From a virus (Duplodnaviria > Caudoviricetes), in IMG/VR virus record IMGVR_UViG_3300046804_003679, positions 1-46,320 of that record: a DNA stretch of 46,320 bases, one strand, 5' to 3'. The notes under the pieces were generated by a model that had not been told where the DNA came from, made no database searches, and worked only from the letters and a program-made list of their open reading frames with translations. The position numbers and the translations under genes are program-made. Positions 1 to 9,905 of this stretch are shown in pieces (position 1 is the stretch's first letter; each line of letters opens with the position of its first letter).

Positions 1-2
1 CC

Positions 3-1235
3 AGTGAGCGGGAGAAACTATTGACCTGGATCAATAAAAAGATTCCGCACGCACCCATGCCGGACATGACCGAGAAGACCGTCTCAAAAATGCTGCAGTG
101 CAACATATTCCCGGTAATAAAAAGGGCGCTTGAGTTGCGCCAGGAAGGTAGCCAGACTAGCGTGGCTAAGTACGCTAAAATGTTGGAGATACAACGTGAA
201 GGAAGAATCAGAAATACGCTTGTCTATCATGGGGCTAGTACTGGGCGTTGGGCTAGTCGTGGTGGACTTAACCTACAGAATATCGCTCGGCCTACTCTAT
301 CCGATGAAGAAATTGAGAGATGTATACCTCGAGTTTTTGATCAGGCGACTGGTAGCATGGGAGAGCTATCCTCTCTTGTTCGAAGTGGAATCAAGGCGCC
401 GGATGGAAAAACCTTTGTGGACGTTGATTTCTCGTCTATTGAAAACCGAGTAGGCGTCTGGTTAGCCGGACAAAAAGACAAGGTGGAGATGTTTAGAAAG
501 GGATTAGATGAATACAAAATGTTTGCTTCTCAGTCGCTTTACCGAGTGCCTTACGAAGAAGTCACAAAAGATCAGCGACAAGTTGCTAAGTCCGCTGTAC
601 TTGGGGCAATGTTTGGACAGGGCTCAAAGGGTCTTGTCAAGTATGCGGAAGGAATGGGAGTCAAGCTCACCGAGCCACAAGCAAAAAACGCCGTAGATAA
701 TTACCGTAGCGCGTACGTGTTAGTCAAAGAGTTGTGGGGTGCGTGTGAGGCCGCGGCAATGAATGCGGTGCAGAACCCAGGATCACCGTTTGCGGCAGGC
801 AGTAAGATTATATTGAAGTATGCGAAGAACGCGCTGTGGATGCGCTTACCCAGTGGGCGATTGATCTGCTGGCAGAGGCCAGAGCTCGAGCTGTTGCCAA
901 CCCCCTGGGGGACTGAGAAGCTCGGTGTGAGTGTCCACAGCCAGAACACCTACAGCAGGCAGTGGACCAGGAATGCTTTGATTGGCAGTAGTATCTTCCA
1001 GTCCGCTGTACAGGGTACCGCTCGGGACTTTCTTGCCGTGGCTATGCTTAACCTTGATAAGGCCGGTTACGAAGTGATCAACAGCGTGCATGATGAAGTC
1101 TTACTCCTCGTTGAAGAACAAAACGGGGAGTCCGCAATGGCCGACGTAATCAAGATAATGACTACGCCACCTTCGTGGGCTCCCGATTTTCCTCTCGCAG
1201 CGGAGGGCTGGCACGGCAAGCGTTACCGGAAGTAA
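3..1235 (+). CDS. Family A DNA polymerase, C-terminal polymerase domain (5'-truncated by window edge)
   Basis: PolA motifs HGASTGRWAS, motif A DFSSIENRV, motif B RQVAKSAVLGAMFG, motif C SVHDE; frame is open back to the window start. Confidence 0.95.
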   Translation, partial: SEREKLLTWINKKIPHAPMPDMTEKTVSKMLQCNIFPVIKRALELRQEGSQTSVAKYAKMLEIQREGRIRNTLVYHGASTGRWASRGGLNLQNIARPTLSDEEIERCIPRVFDQATGSMGELSSLVRSGIKAPDGKTFVDVDFSSIENRVGVWLAGQKDKVEMFRKGLDEYKMFASQSLYRVPYEEVTKDQRQVAKSAVLGAMFGQGSKGLVKYAEGMGVKLTEPQAKNAVDNYRSAYVLVKELWGACEAAAMNAVQNPGSPFAAGSKIILKYAKNALWMRLPSGRLICWQRPELELLPTPWGTEKLGVSVHSQNTYSRQWTRNALIGSSIFQSAVQGTARDFLAVAMLNLDKAGYEVINSVHDEVLLLVEEQNGESAMADVIKIMTTPPSWAPDFPLAAEGWHGKRYRK

Positions 1236-4200
1236 CTATTTCGGTATTGAATAGTAGCGGTCTCCAATTTTTACAATCTTGGAGCCGCGTTCTTTTTCTG
1301 CCTCTTCAGCTTTTTTAAATGTCTCGTGCGTTTTACCCTTGAGCATTACATAACTATCTCTTGGCAAATCTTTTAACATGCGCTCATCATCCGATGTTGG
1401 CGCAACCGATCCCCAGTGACCTAAATCTTCTCCAGTGCCAGTTGGGCCCATGCCGTAAGCTAAAGCTGTTTGGTAATCATATCCAGGACCCTCTGGGTTA
1501 AACACAGTGCCGCCTTCTTTTTTGGTAAGGCTTTTGCTCATGGGGTCAAATGTTCCTTGATTTCCAATTGCAGATTTTAACTGATTTGGTTCCGGAACCA
1601 TCCATGTTTTTGTATGAGGATTATAAATAGCATCGTTGCCCTGTTGCTTAGCTAATTCAATCCATTCTTTTTGCCGTTGTTTAAATGGCAAAAAACTAGC
1701 CATTTCTAAATCACTAGGTGAAAGAACCAAGGGGTTTTTTGTATTTAAATGTAAAGGCAAAACTCTTGGCGATTCCCCCGACGTTAATTGTCCGTAGCCA
1801 GGATTAGCATAAATGCTCGCTTCCACTGGATCCTCGGTTACATGGATCCATCTTGGTTTCTTTTTAAAAGCATCAAAATCTTCATTAACTGATGTACCAT
1901 GATAAACTGTTAAAGGTTTTCCTTGCGCATCAACGGCTTTTGTGTTTTCTAAAAACTTAGCCTTGTTGGCCTCCCGCTCTGCGGCGGGTAATATCTTTTT
2001 TGCTAATGACTCCAACGTACCAATTTTACCGCCGCCGGCTTTTTCTTCGACTGCTTTTTTAACTGGAGTTCTTTCAAACAACAAACCAACATCGTCATTT
2101 GCATAGCCGCGATAACCGGCTTGCTTGATTAGACGCTCGAGTTCGTTGAGGTGCTGTGCCTCGTTAACTTGCTGAATGCCTTGACTCATTAGATACGGGT
2201 CAAGGCTTTTTTGTTTGGCGATTGCAGACAGCCCCAGTGGGTCCTCGTGCAGTGGGTAAATACCTTCTGCAACACCCTGGTATTTGTGTGGGCCTAATCC
2301 TGGCTCAGGCTTAACGTCTGGTTTGTCAACGTAAAAGTATGAGCGTGGTTTAATGTCTGGTGCATTGGCCAAACGTGATGCTTCTTGACCCTTGATGCCT
2401 CGACCGTACATGCGCGGGTCTAACTCAATGATTGACGGTGATTGTGAGAAGTGCACAAACGGCAGCTTGCGTGCGTGCTCAAGTACTTTCTTAGCAGCGC
2501 CACCAGCAGCAAAACCTTGGTAATTAATATCAATCTGCTCTGGCGGCAAAATTAATGGCTTCTGTGGCGCGTACTTAAACTGTTGGCCTAACTTAACAAG
2601 CTGATCATTAATTGCACTTGGGTCACCGCCAGTTTTTACAAGCTGCTCGCGTTGTGCTTTTAGTTGGTTCATTTTGTTAATTAACTCTTCGTTCATGCCA
2701 GAGTAACTAACTAATGAGTTTTGCCCACGTGTTTCTGTGGCAGCGGCTAACCTAGCAAGCGGTGAGTACATCTGTGAGTGAGCACCATAGGCTAACTCTT
2801 CGCCCTTAGGGCCGAATGATGACCCCGTGGTGCCATGACCAAAGTAATCGTGCGCTGCTCTAAATTGTTCGTTAGATGTTTTACCAAGGGCTGGGTGTGG
2901 TTCACCACCCTGGAACACTGTTAGACGTTTGTTTTGCAGCGCGTCTTCGAGCATTTCCTTAGAGCTCTTATATGCCTTTTCACCAGTTGGGTCCCACGAT
3001 AGTTTAACACCAGCGCTCTCAATTGCTTTAAATTGATCTGCTGTTTCTTTCGCCATCTGCTGGTAGGCTGCCTGGGTTAATTCATCGTAATTTGTCGCAC
3101 CTGATTTTCTAACAAGGTCTGGGTGCATTTGCAAATACTGTTTGAAAATTTGTTGCTTTATTTTTGGATCAACATTTTCCGATGATAACATTTCAAACGC
3201 CCTTGCTACGGGCACTTGTTTTTGGGCCGATGATACCGGCATATTTTTTATTGCCTCTAAGCTAAACTTAGGAGCAATCTTTTTAGCCAATTCAACAGCA
3301 GTATTTACCATGCCTCCGCCAGCAAATGTCTCGGGCCTGTCTTTTGCTATTCTAAATCTTGGATCATCTGGATCAACTTTTTGTGGCTTTTTTACCAACA
3401 CAAGAGGGCCGACCTGAAGTGCCTCTTCTCCAGCAACGACCGGGGCCATATCGGCTTTGTCATAGAAGTATGAGTGCCTAAATGGGTTTAGCCCAACCTG
3501 GGCCCATTGTGGGTCACCCATTAAATCCTGGGCGCGTTTATAGACGTCCTGTGGATCGGTTGGCTCCCAATCACCGTGAATGCGTGCGTATGTTGTCTTG
3601 TCTGATTTTCCGGTAGCAATTGCGTGCCCGGCTTTAGGAGGGGCCGTAAAGTCAATCGGGCCTTTTAGATGGGCGGTTTGACCATAGCCAATTGATTTAC
3701 CGGCGTCTAACGGATCATGTAACGAGACAATCCATTTGTCGTATTTATCGTACGCTGGAATATCTAACCGCGATGATACTCGCGAACCAGGGGCAATCAT
3801 TTTATTGACGCCAACGATTCCGGTCTCTAATTGATTTGATTTTAGTGCGTTAGCAATGTCTTGCTGCGTTGGCATATTGGGCACTTCAGTAAATGCCCTG
3901 ATTGGCATTTCTGTACGCGCTAATGCACGATATTGCTCTGATGTAATTTTACCCTCTGCTAAATCTTTAGCAGCCTGTTGAAGTATTGGGTTGCGGGTCT
4001 GGCGTTGGTTGATGCTATTGGCTGCCTTCCATGCAGCAATAGACTCCTCGCTTAATCCTAATTTTTTTAGAAGTGATAATATATTTCCAACCTTACCACC
4101 GCCGTCAAAGTTCTGTACAGCGCCACCCTCAGCCTTCATAAAGTCTGGTGACTCGGCGTCTTCAGGATTGTACTTGGCAAACTTACCACGGATTTTAGAC

Positions 4201-4736
4201 GGATCTAATACACCAACGTTTTGGTATCCAGACTCGTTAACGTCAAACGTCTTAATACCACTATCGCGTAGATGCTGTAAAAATGCAGGGGACTCCATCG
4301 TGGTCCAGTTAGAGTGTGGGTCTTCTATCCTGGATTTAAACTGACGAGCCATCTTAGGATCATCAGCGTATTTCTTAGCAACGTATGCGTCGATTAACGC
4401 GCGCCCCTCTGGTGTGGTAGGGTTAAAATGATTTGTCATATCCACACTGACCGGGTACATGGTGGAGCCTTTGTTATAACTTCCTGTCGGTATTGCCTCA
4501 CCAGTCTTTAGACTAATGTATGGGCCCTTACCGGCTGTAAAGCTATCAGCAAACTTAGGACTTTTTGTAACAAACGTAACACCCGGAGTAACAAAATCTA
4601 CATCGCGCACGGTTGACTTCATCGGGTCAAATGCGGTGATGTTAGGATTTGGGCTGCCATGGTAAAAACCGGGAGTAAACTTTTTCTTAAACTCCTCGAT
4701 TGCAGCCTTCATTTGTGCTGGCGTTAACTTTGGCAT
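1236..4736 (-). CDS. Large multi-module (polyvalent) virion cargo protein with ADP-ribosyltransferase-like and putative metallopeptidase-like modules
   Basis: 1166 aa; FYHGS...YPV...KFAKYNP and VDAQGKPLTVYHGT...KNPL...NQLKSAIGNQGTFDP resemble ART-PolyVal; RAAHDYFGH...TETRGQNS module; modules separated by xxxGG motifs; last gene of the virion operon. Confidence 0.7.
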   Translation of the reverse strand: MPKLTPAQMKAAIEEFKKKFTPGFYHGSPNPNITAFDPMKSTVRDVDFVTPGVTFVTKSPKFADSFTAGKGPYISLKTGEAIPTGSYNKGSTMYPVSVDMTNHFNPTTPEGRALIDAYVAKKYADDPKMARQFKSRIEDPHSNWTTMESPAFLQHLRDSGIKTFDVNESGYQNVGVLDPSKIRGKFAKYNPEDAESPDFMKAEGGAVQNFDGGGKVGNILSLLKKLGLSEESIAAWKAANSINQRQTRNPILQQAAKDLAEGKITSEQYRALARTEMPIRAFTEVPNMPTQQDIANALKSNQLETGIVGVNKMIAPGSRVSSRLDIPAYDKYDKWIVSLHDPLDAGKSIGYGQTAHLKGPIDFTAPPKAGHAIATGKSDKTTYARIHGDWEPTDPQDVYKRAQDLMGDPQWAQVGLNPFRHSYFYDKADMAPVVAGEEALQVGPLVLVKKPQKVDPDDPRFRIAKDRPETFAGGGMVNTAVELAKKIAPKFSLEAIKNMPVSSAQKQVPVARAFEMLSSENVDPKIKQQIFKQYLQMHPDLVRKSGATNYDELTQAAYQQMAKETADQFKAIESAGVKLSWDPTGEKAYKSSKEMLEDALQNKRLTVFQGGEPHPALGKTSNEQFRAAHDYFGHGTTGSSFGPKGEELAYGAHSQMYSPLARLAAATETRGQNSLVSYSGMNEELINKMNQLKAQREQLVKTGGDPSAINDQLVKLGQQFKYAPQKPLILPPEQIDINYQGFAAGGAAKKVLEHARKLPFVHFSQSPSIIELDPRMYGRGIKGQEASRLANAPDIKPRSYFYVDKPDVKPEPGLGPHKYQGVAEGIYPLHEDPLGLSAIAKQKSLDPYLMSQGIQQVNEAQHLNELERLIKQAGYRGYANDDVGLLFERTPVKKAVEEKAGGGKIGTLESLAKKILPAAEREANKAKFLENTKAVDAQGKPLTVYHGTSVNEDFDAFKKKPRWIHVTEDPVEASIYANPGYGQLTSGESPRVLPLHLNTKNPLVLSPSDLEMASFLPFKQRQKEWIELAKQQGNDAIYNPHTKTWMVPEPNQLKSAIGNQGTFDPMSKSLTKKEGGTVFNPEGPGYDYQTALAYGMGPTGTGEDLGHWGSVAPTSDDERMLKDLPRDSYVMLKGKTHETFKKAEEAEKERGSKIVKIGDRYYSIPK

Positions 4737-6917
4737 TTAGCACTTCCACTTACGCAATGCTTTGTTGATGCGGGAATTTGGATCGTTTGCTGTCTTGGCA
4801 GAGGTTAGTTTTTTCTTCATACCACCCATTCTAGCACAGAACGATTTTTTACGTGAGCCACCTTCAGGTTGTGGCGCCTTTAGCTCGCCGCCAGTCTCGC
4901 GCTTGTACGATGCGCGCCCAAGTGCGTTCAAGCCACCCGATGGGCTTTTGCCTTCTTTACGCTGCCAGGCTGGTGTTGTGCTGCCGCCTTCTTTATATCC
5001 AATCAAACCGCCGTTTGCTTTCTTTTCTTCATCGTCTAATGATACACCAGCGCCTATACCAGCAACTCCGTACATTGGCTTATTTGCTCTAATATAGCCT
5101 TTTAGTATTTCTTCTTGTGGCTCACCGGTAATCATATTTGTACGAGCGAGCATCTCGTTTACTTCACGAATCATTGGTTTGCCTGGATAGTCTTTCGCAC
5201 CAGCCCATGCAATATCTTGGAAGTTAGCCGGCTCTACACCTGCGCGTTTAGCTTCGTTTGCAAGTGCTCGCTCGTATATACCGTAAGCATTTGGGGGAGG
5301 AGCCATCATTTTAGGATCCCACAATTGACTCATCTGCTCATCAAGAGTAGAACGATCGCGATAGCCTAAAAAATTTGCTGAAAAATTATGACGCTTGGGA
5401 TTTGTTACGGGAATTAAACCAATATCTTGTAATTTTTTAGCCTGCTCCATATTACCGCTCACAAAACGACCACCAATTGGGAATGGTAGATCTGCTGCAG
5501 TGGTTGGAATTTCTTTACCCAGACCTTTTTGATAGTTTGTAAATGCCGCCATCATTAAGTTTGAGTTGGGATCTGCGCCACCAGTTGTCGCAGCCATGGC
5601 GTCTGCAAACCGAGCACGAAACTGTTTTGGTCCTTCTATAGGACCCAATTCACGAATAAATGCGTCTTCTAACTGGCCCATAGCATACCAATCTTTAGCC
5701 AATGGCCGGTCTTTTGCCGCATTAAAAGCATTGCGTAAACGTAACAGACTTTCTGGTTGATTAGCAAGCTGTTCATACTTAGCTATCGTGTCTGCTTTTT
5801 TAGGTACAATATCAGTCAGCGTTGTCCCAGCTAATTGATAACGTGATGGGTCCGCATAAAATCGTTTTTCAATATCAAAGAATGGTTGGTAATTACCAGC
5901 GTCAATTTCTCTTTGTGCTAACTTACGCGCTTTTTGAACATCAAGCGCTTCTGGGCTTAATTGTTTTTGTAAAAACTGTTTACCTGTTTTTGGATCAGTC
6001 GCCAATACTGGAGGCACAACATCAGGATATACCTCACTCATCTTAAAACGGTCGAAGTTTAATTTCTTTAGCGCTTCGGATACGGCTTTACCTTTAGCAA
6101 GATGAATTAAACCACCTTGGGCTTTTTCTTCTTTTGGTTTTTCTTCCTCTTTAGACTCGGGCATAAAATACTGAAGCGCGGGAACGCCTGCAGATAATAA
6201 TGTACCAATCGCGCGAACGGGTCTAATATGTGACTGAGACATCGCGCCGCCAGCTGCACCAAGCGCATCAATCGCGGCCTGACCGTATTTACCGGCTTTG
6301 ACGTCCTCAATAAACTTTCCAGTCTCTGCACCCATTATGGCCGTCCCGCCAATACGTCTTGCCATACCAGGTTTACCTAAACGCTCAGACTGTTCAATCA
6401 ATGACGCGCTTTTTTGTGCAAGCGTTGGCTCTGGGGATGGAGTTGACAACGAACCAAAACCGTATCCTTTACGGATAGGAACCTCAGACCCTCGTGATTG
6501 TGTTGGTTTTCCAGCAGCTCGTTGGCTTTTTTCATAAGCCTCTTCTTTTGTTCGACCGCCCGCAAATGGATTAGTCGTCTCTTGGGCGTGCCATTTCTCA
6601 ATCCCTTCAGTGGCTTTGGGTGCAGTAATTGGTTTGCCTTTTACTTTTTTAGCTGCGGCCTCGGCAGCCACATCAACCGCGGTACCAATTTTAGGGCCAA
6701 CAACAGGGCCAGCCACTGCCCCGATCACTCCGCCTACGGGCGCTTTAGAAATTAGCGATTGGTCTGCCTCTTCTGCAGCAACTTCTTTTTTATCTTGCCC
6801 CATTTGTGAAGCAATATGCTGAACCTCTAGCTCTTGCTCCTCGGGAGATAAATCAAAAAATGAAGGATCAACCTTCACCTCTTGACCATTAATGACAAGA
6901 TATTTTTCTTGGGCCAT
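4737..6917 (-). CDS. Multi-module virion protein; central DNA-glycosylase(HhH-GPD)-like module and basic C-terminal DUF6321-like module
   Basis: 726 aa; KDWY...AATT...NPKRHNFSANFLG...TLDEQM...FQDIAW pattern; C-terminus AWQRKEGKSPSGGLNALGRASY...SFCARM...DPNSRINKALRKWKC. Confidence 0.5.
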   Translation of the reverse strand: MAQEKYLVINGQEVKVDPSFFDLSPEEQELEVQHIASQMGQDKKEVAAEEADQSLISKAPVGGVIGAVAGPVVGPKIGTAVDVAAEAAAKKVKGKPITAPKATEGIEKWHAQETTNPFAGGRTKEEAYEKSQRAAGKPTQSRGSEVPIRKGYGFGSLSTPSPEPTLAQKSASLIEQSERLGKPGMARRIGGTAIMGAETGKFIEDVKAGKYGQAAIDALGAAGGAMSQSHIRPVRAIGTLLSAGVPALQYFMPESKEEEKPKEEKAQGGLIHLAKGKAVSEALKKLNFDRFKMSEVYPDVVPPVLATDPKTGKQFLQKQLSPEALDVQKARKLAQREIDAGNYQPFFDIEKRFYADPSRYQLAGTTLTDIVPKKADTIAKYEQLANQPESLLRLRNAFNAAKDRPLAKDWYAMGQLEDAFIRELGPIEGPKQFRARFADAMAATTGGADPNSNLMMAAFTNYQKGLGKEIPTTAADLPFPIGGRFVSGNMEQAKKLQDIGLIPVTNPKRHNFSANFLGYRDRSTLDEQMSQLWDPKMMAPPPNAYGIYERALANEAKRAGVEPANFQDIAWAGAKDYPGKPMIREVNEMLARTNMITGEPQEEILKGYIRANKPMYGVAGIGAGVSLDDEEKKANGGLIGYKEGGSTTPAWQRKEGKSPSGGLNALGRASYKRETGGELKAPQPEGGSRKKSFCARMGGMKKKLTSAKTANDPNSRINKALRKWKC

Positions 6918-8857
6918 TATTGATTCCTTGTCTTAACTTCCCACTTGATTGAACCGGGCTGATATGATGGCTTTGATTTATATGGATCATCGCCGACCAT
7001 ACTTGGGCTTACGCCTAAAATCTCAGAGAGATCTTTCTTGTGTTTTTTGAGTGCATCAACGGCTTCTGGGCTACGCAAGAATTTACCAAACGATGCGTAT
7101 TCACCTTTTTCGTCGCGATACTTACTATATAAGTCGTACATTCTTTGATCAAATGTGGCGCGCTCAGCCATAACTTTGGCCTGCTTCTCAATACGAGCAG
7201 CGGGATCTTTAAGCGATAAAATTGCATCACTAACTAAGCGGCGCTCATTGTCTGATACCGCACCTTGACCTTTAAGATAAACTTGCGCGTACTCCAGCTT
7301 TGTCTCTGCAATATAACCATCGAGCTCACGCAGTTTAGCAATAACATGCGTTGGTGCGTTAGCCTCACGTAAATTCTTTTCTAAATCGGCAATATTGATC
7401 GTACCAAACTGGCCAATACCAAGACCACTCTCTAATTGTTTTAGTGTGAATGGTACTGCGCCTTTCTTGGCTAAAATGCCAAGATAATCCTTAACCTCTT
7501 TATCGGTCGCAATCTCTGCAATCTTATTAGCACGATTTAAACGATCGCCTGCGCTCTGTCCTGCGGTATCAATCGCTGTAGCCTTAGCAGCAAAATCTTT
7601 CTCAACGCCCTTAGCAAACTCAGTGCCACCCTCAGTTGCAATTTTTTCTGCGCGTCTTGTTTCTGGAATGGTTGGTACTTTTTCTTCTGCCTTAGGTGTA
7701 ACAACCTCAGCCGGTTTTGCTGCGACCGGAGTCTTTTGTCCAGACTCAAACTCGGTGATTGCGTTTGCAACAATTTTTCTAGCCTCTGGCGTATTAGGTA
7801 TAACGGCAGTAGGATCAATACCAAGTTTATCCGCAATAAACTTAGCATAGTTTGAAGTTGACTCTGGGGTATTACCTGGAGCTGTGGATGGGGACCAGGT
7901 CTCAGCCAATAGTGATGGGGTCATAATATTAGCAGCCTCACCAAATCGCTGTTTAACGGCGGGGCTCTGACCACTTAATTTTATTTTAAGATCCTCGTCC
8001 AACGCTTTTTGACCGGCCTCTAACGTATCAAACTTTAAAAACTCGCCAGTCTTAGTATCGCGCAAGTTGCCGGGGTTATTATTACGAACACTTAATGGAG
8101 CTGCCCCAGGTGCTGGAGCTGCAGTAGGTGCTGCGGGAGCTGGTGTGCCAACGATAGACCTGACCTGCTCTTGACCCTTAGTTGTTGGCCTATATATGGA
8201 TGGGTTGTCTAAGATATCAATGAGCGAGGCTAGATCTGGGACAAGTTTACCTGTCTCATCTTTGCGCATCACGTCAATGGTTCGTTCGTAAGATTCTTTT
8301 TTGGTTCTAGCCTGAGCAGTAATCTTAGACATCTCACTTAAATGGCTTTGAATTAATTTCTGTGCACCAGCAAAATCTTTCTGATTATATAGCTCAAGCG
8401 CCTGCTCACGAATTGCTGGATCTATTTGTGTCATTAGACCTGATCCAACCCCAGGAGCACCAGGCTCACCGGGTTGACCACCAGGCACAACACCAAGCAT
8501 TCTACCAACGGAACCAGCTAATGTTTTACGCTGCTCTTCTGCGGCCTTAACAGCGGCCATCTGAGTACGGATATCAAACAGTTCACGCTGCTCGCGCATT
8601 TTTTGCTCATCGCGGGCTAAAATGTTTCTTGTCGGATCAACTGCTGCGTACGCCAACGCATCTTTTAACCCGCTAGTAAACAAGTTAAGCGGGCTCTCAC
8701 GCTCGTCAATAATGCGCTGCATATTGGCCAGAATGCTCTGCGTCTGAGTCGGGTCTAGTGATACATTACCAGGTACAGAAAATCCACCCTTGCTCTTTGG
8801 GGGAGTTACGACAGCGCCTAATCCACTAACTGGTTGATCTTGTGTCTCGTTAGCCAT
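6917..8857 (-). CDS. Internal virion/ejection protein with putative lysozyme-like peptidoglycan hydrolase domain
   Basis: 646 aa, helical; SVRNNNPGNLR...F.TLEAG...WSP...NYAKFIADKLG...ESG segment at ~7740-8095; position after nozzle gene. Confidence 0.65.
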   Translation of the reverse strand: MANETQDQPVSGLGAVVTPPKSKGGFSVPGNVSLDPTQTQSILANMQRIIDERESPLNLFTSGLKDALAYAAVDPTRNILARDEQKMREQRELFDIRTQMAAVKAAEEQRKTLAGSVGRMLGVVPGGQPGEPGAPGVGSGLMTQIDPAIREQALELYNQKDFAGAQKLIQSHLSEMSKITAQARTKKESYERTIDVMRKDETGKLVPDLASLIDILDNPSIYRPTTKGQEQVRSIVGTPAPAAPTAAPAPGAAPLSVRNNNPGNLRDTKTGEFLKFDTLEAGQKALDEDLKIKLSGQSPAVKQRFGEAANIMTPSLLAETWSPSTAPGNTPESTSNYAKFIADKLGIDPTAVIPNTPEARKIVANAITEFESGQKTPVAAKPAEVVTPKAEEKVPTIPETRRAEKIATEGGTEFAKGVEKDFAAKATAIDTAGQSAGDRLNRANKIAEIATDKEVKDYLGILAKKGAVPFTLKQLESGLGIGQFGTINIADLEKNLREANAPTHVIAKLRELDGYIAETKLEYAQVYLKGQGAVSDNERRLVSDAILSLKDPAARIEKQAKVMAERATFDQRMYDLYSKYRDEKGEYASFGKFLRSPEAVDALKKHKKDLSEILGVSPSMVGDDPYKSKPSYQPGSIKWEVKTRNQ

Positions 8858-8871
8858 ATTAACCTTAAAAA

Positions 8872-9903
8872 TTACCCAAATATGTTAGACAATACATCAC
8901 CAGCTGCCCCAGCAGTATCTAAACCACTGCCGCCAGAAAGACCTAATTCTGTTGCTAACTGACTAGGCATTCCAAAATTTGATGTATCACCAAAATATAA
9001 ATTAGCTAAAGGATCACCTGCGGCACCACTAAGATCTAAACCACTTCCGCCAGATAAACCTAATTGCCTTGCCAACTCGTCAGACATTCCAAAACTAGAA
9101 CCCTGACCGATTCCGCCAATGTAATCACTGACACCTTTAAATGCACCTAATAAACCACCCTGAACACCAAGGTTTTGTAATAGCTTATTAGCACCAGCTG
9201 CGCCACCGCCTAATGCACTGGCGATCGCCGTGATCTGGCTAAGGGGTGACATCTGTACGTCACTTGTTACTGTGGTCGGTGAAGTTACGCCAGACAAGAT
9301 TTTACCTAAATTAGCAACGTTAGTGAACGGTGCCAACTGTTGGGCCTGACCAACGTTCATCGCGTTAGTAATTCCCTGCTGTGCTACGTTGCCTAATGCC
9401 TGTGCACCACTGACACCAGTCTGCTGATTAGTTAATGCAGACTGCATTTGCTGTGCAAACAGTTGAGCTTGTGCATCAGCTAACGCTTTATCAGCGGCTG
9501 TTTTTGTACGAAGACTTCCAAATTGACCAGACGCCGTACCGGCAGCGGTTGGTACCGCTGTGATATTAGGGGCAAGCTGTTGCAGTTGCTGCTGTTGCGC
9601 AGCAAATAAACCACCTAACGGTGTTGATACGTTTGGAGTAACTTGACCAGTTGGGCTTGTAATCCAGGGATTAGCGGCACCAGAAGAAATTTGTTGGAGT
9701 GTGTTTTGTGCTTGACTAAAAGGAGTGGATGGGCCAGTTAATGTGTTGATCGCACCCTGTGCAACGGTCTGGCCTAATTGTGGCGCGCCCTGGAAGGCAG
9801 TAGTTGCCTGGTTGACTAAGTTTTGTTGGGCAGTATCATACCACGACGGTAGTGTGGTCTGTTGTACGCCTTTATTGGCTATGAAATTGGAAAGTCCTGC
9901 CAT
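8872..9903 (-). CDS. Putative DNA ejection/pilot protein (Gln/Ala/Gly-rich)
   Basis: 343 aa, low complexity Q/A/G, GQFGSLR motif, location in the podoviral ejection cluster. Confidence 0.55.
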   Translation of the reverse strand: MAGLSNFIANKGVQQTTLPSWYDTAQQNLVNQATTAFQGAPQLGQTVAQGAINTLTGPSTPFSQAQNTLQQISSGAANPWITSPTGQVTPNVSTPLGGLFAAQQQQLQQLAPNITAVPTAAGTASGQFGSLRTKTAADKALADAQAQLFAQQMQSALTNQQTGVSGAQALGNVAQQGITNAMNVGQAQQLAPFTNVANLGKILSGVTSPTTVTSDVQMSPLSQITAIASALGGGAAGANKLLQNLGVQGGLLGAFKGVSDYIGGIGQGSSFGMSDELARQLGLSGGSGLDLSGAAGDPLANLYFGDTSNFGMPSQLATELGLSGGSGLDTAGAAGDVLSNIFG

Positions 9904-9905
9904 AT

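Noticed and set aside
1230-1240. Terminator between convergent polymerase and cargo genes
   Set aside because: Stop codons abut directly (TAA/CTA) with no hairpin visible
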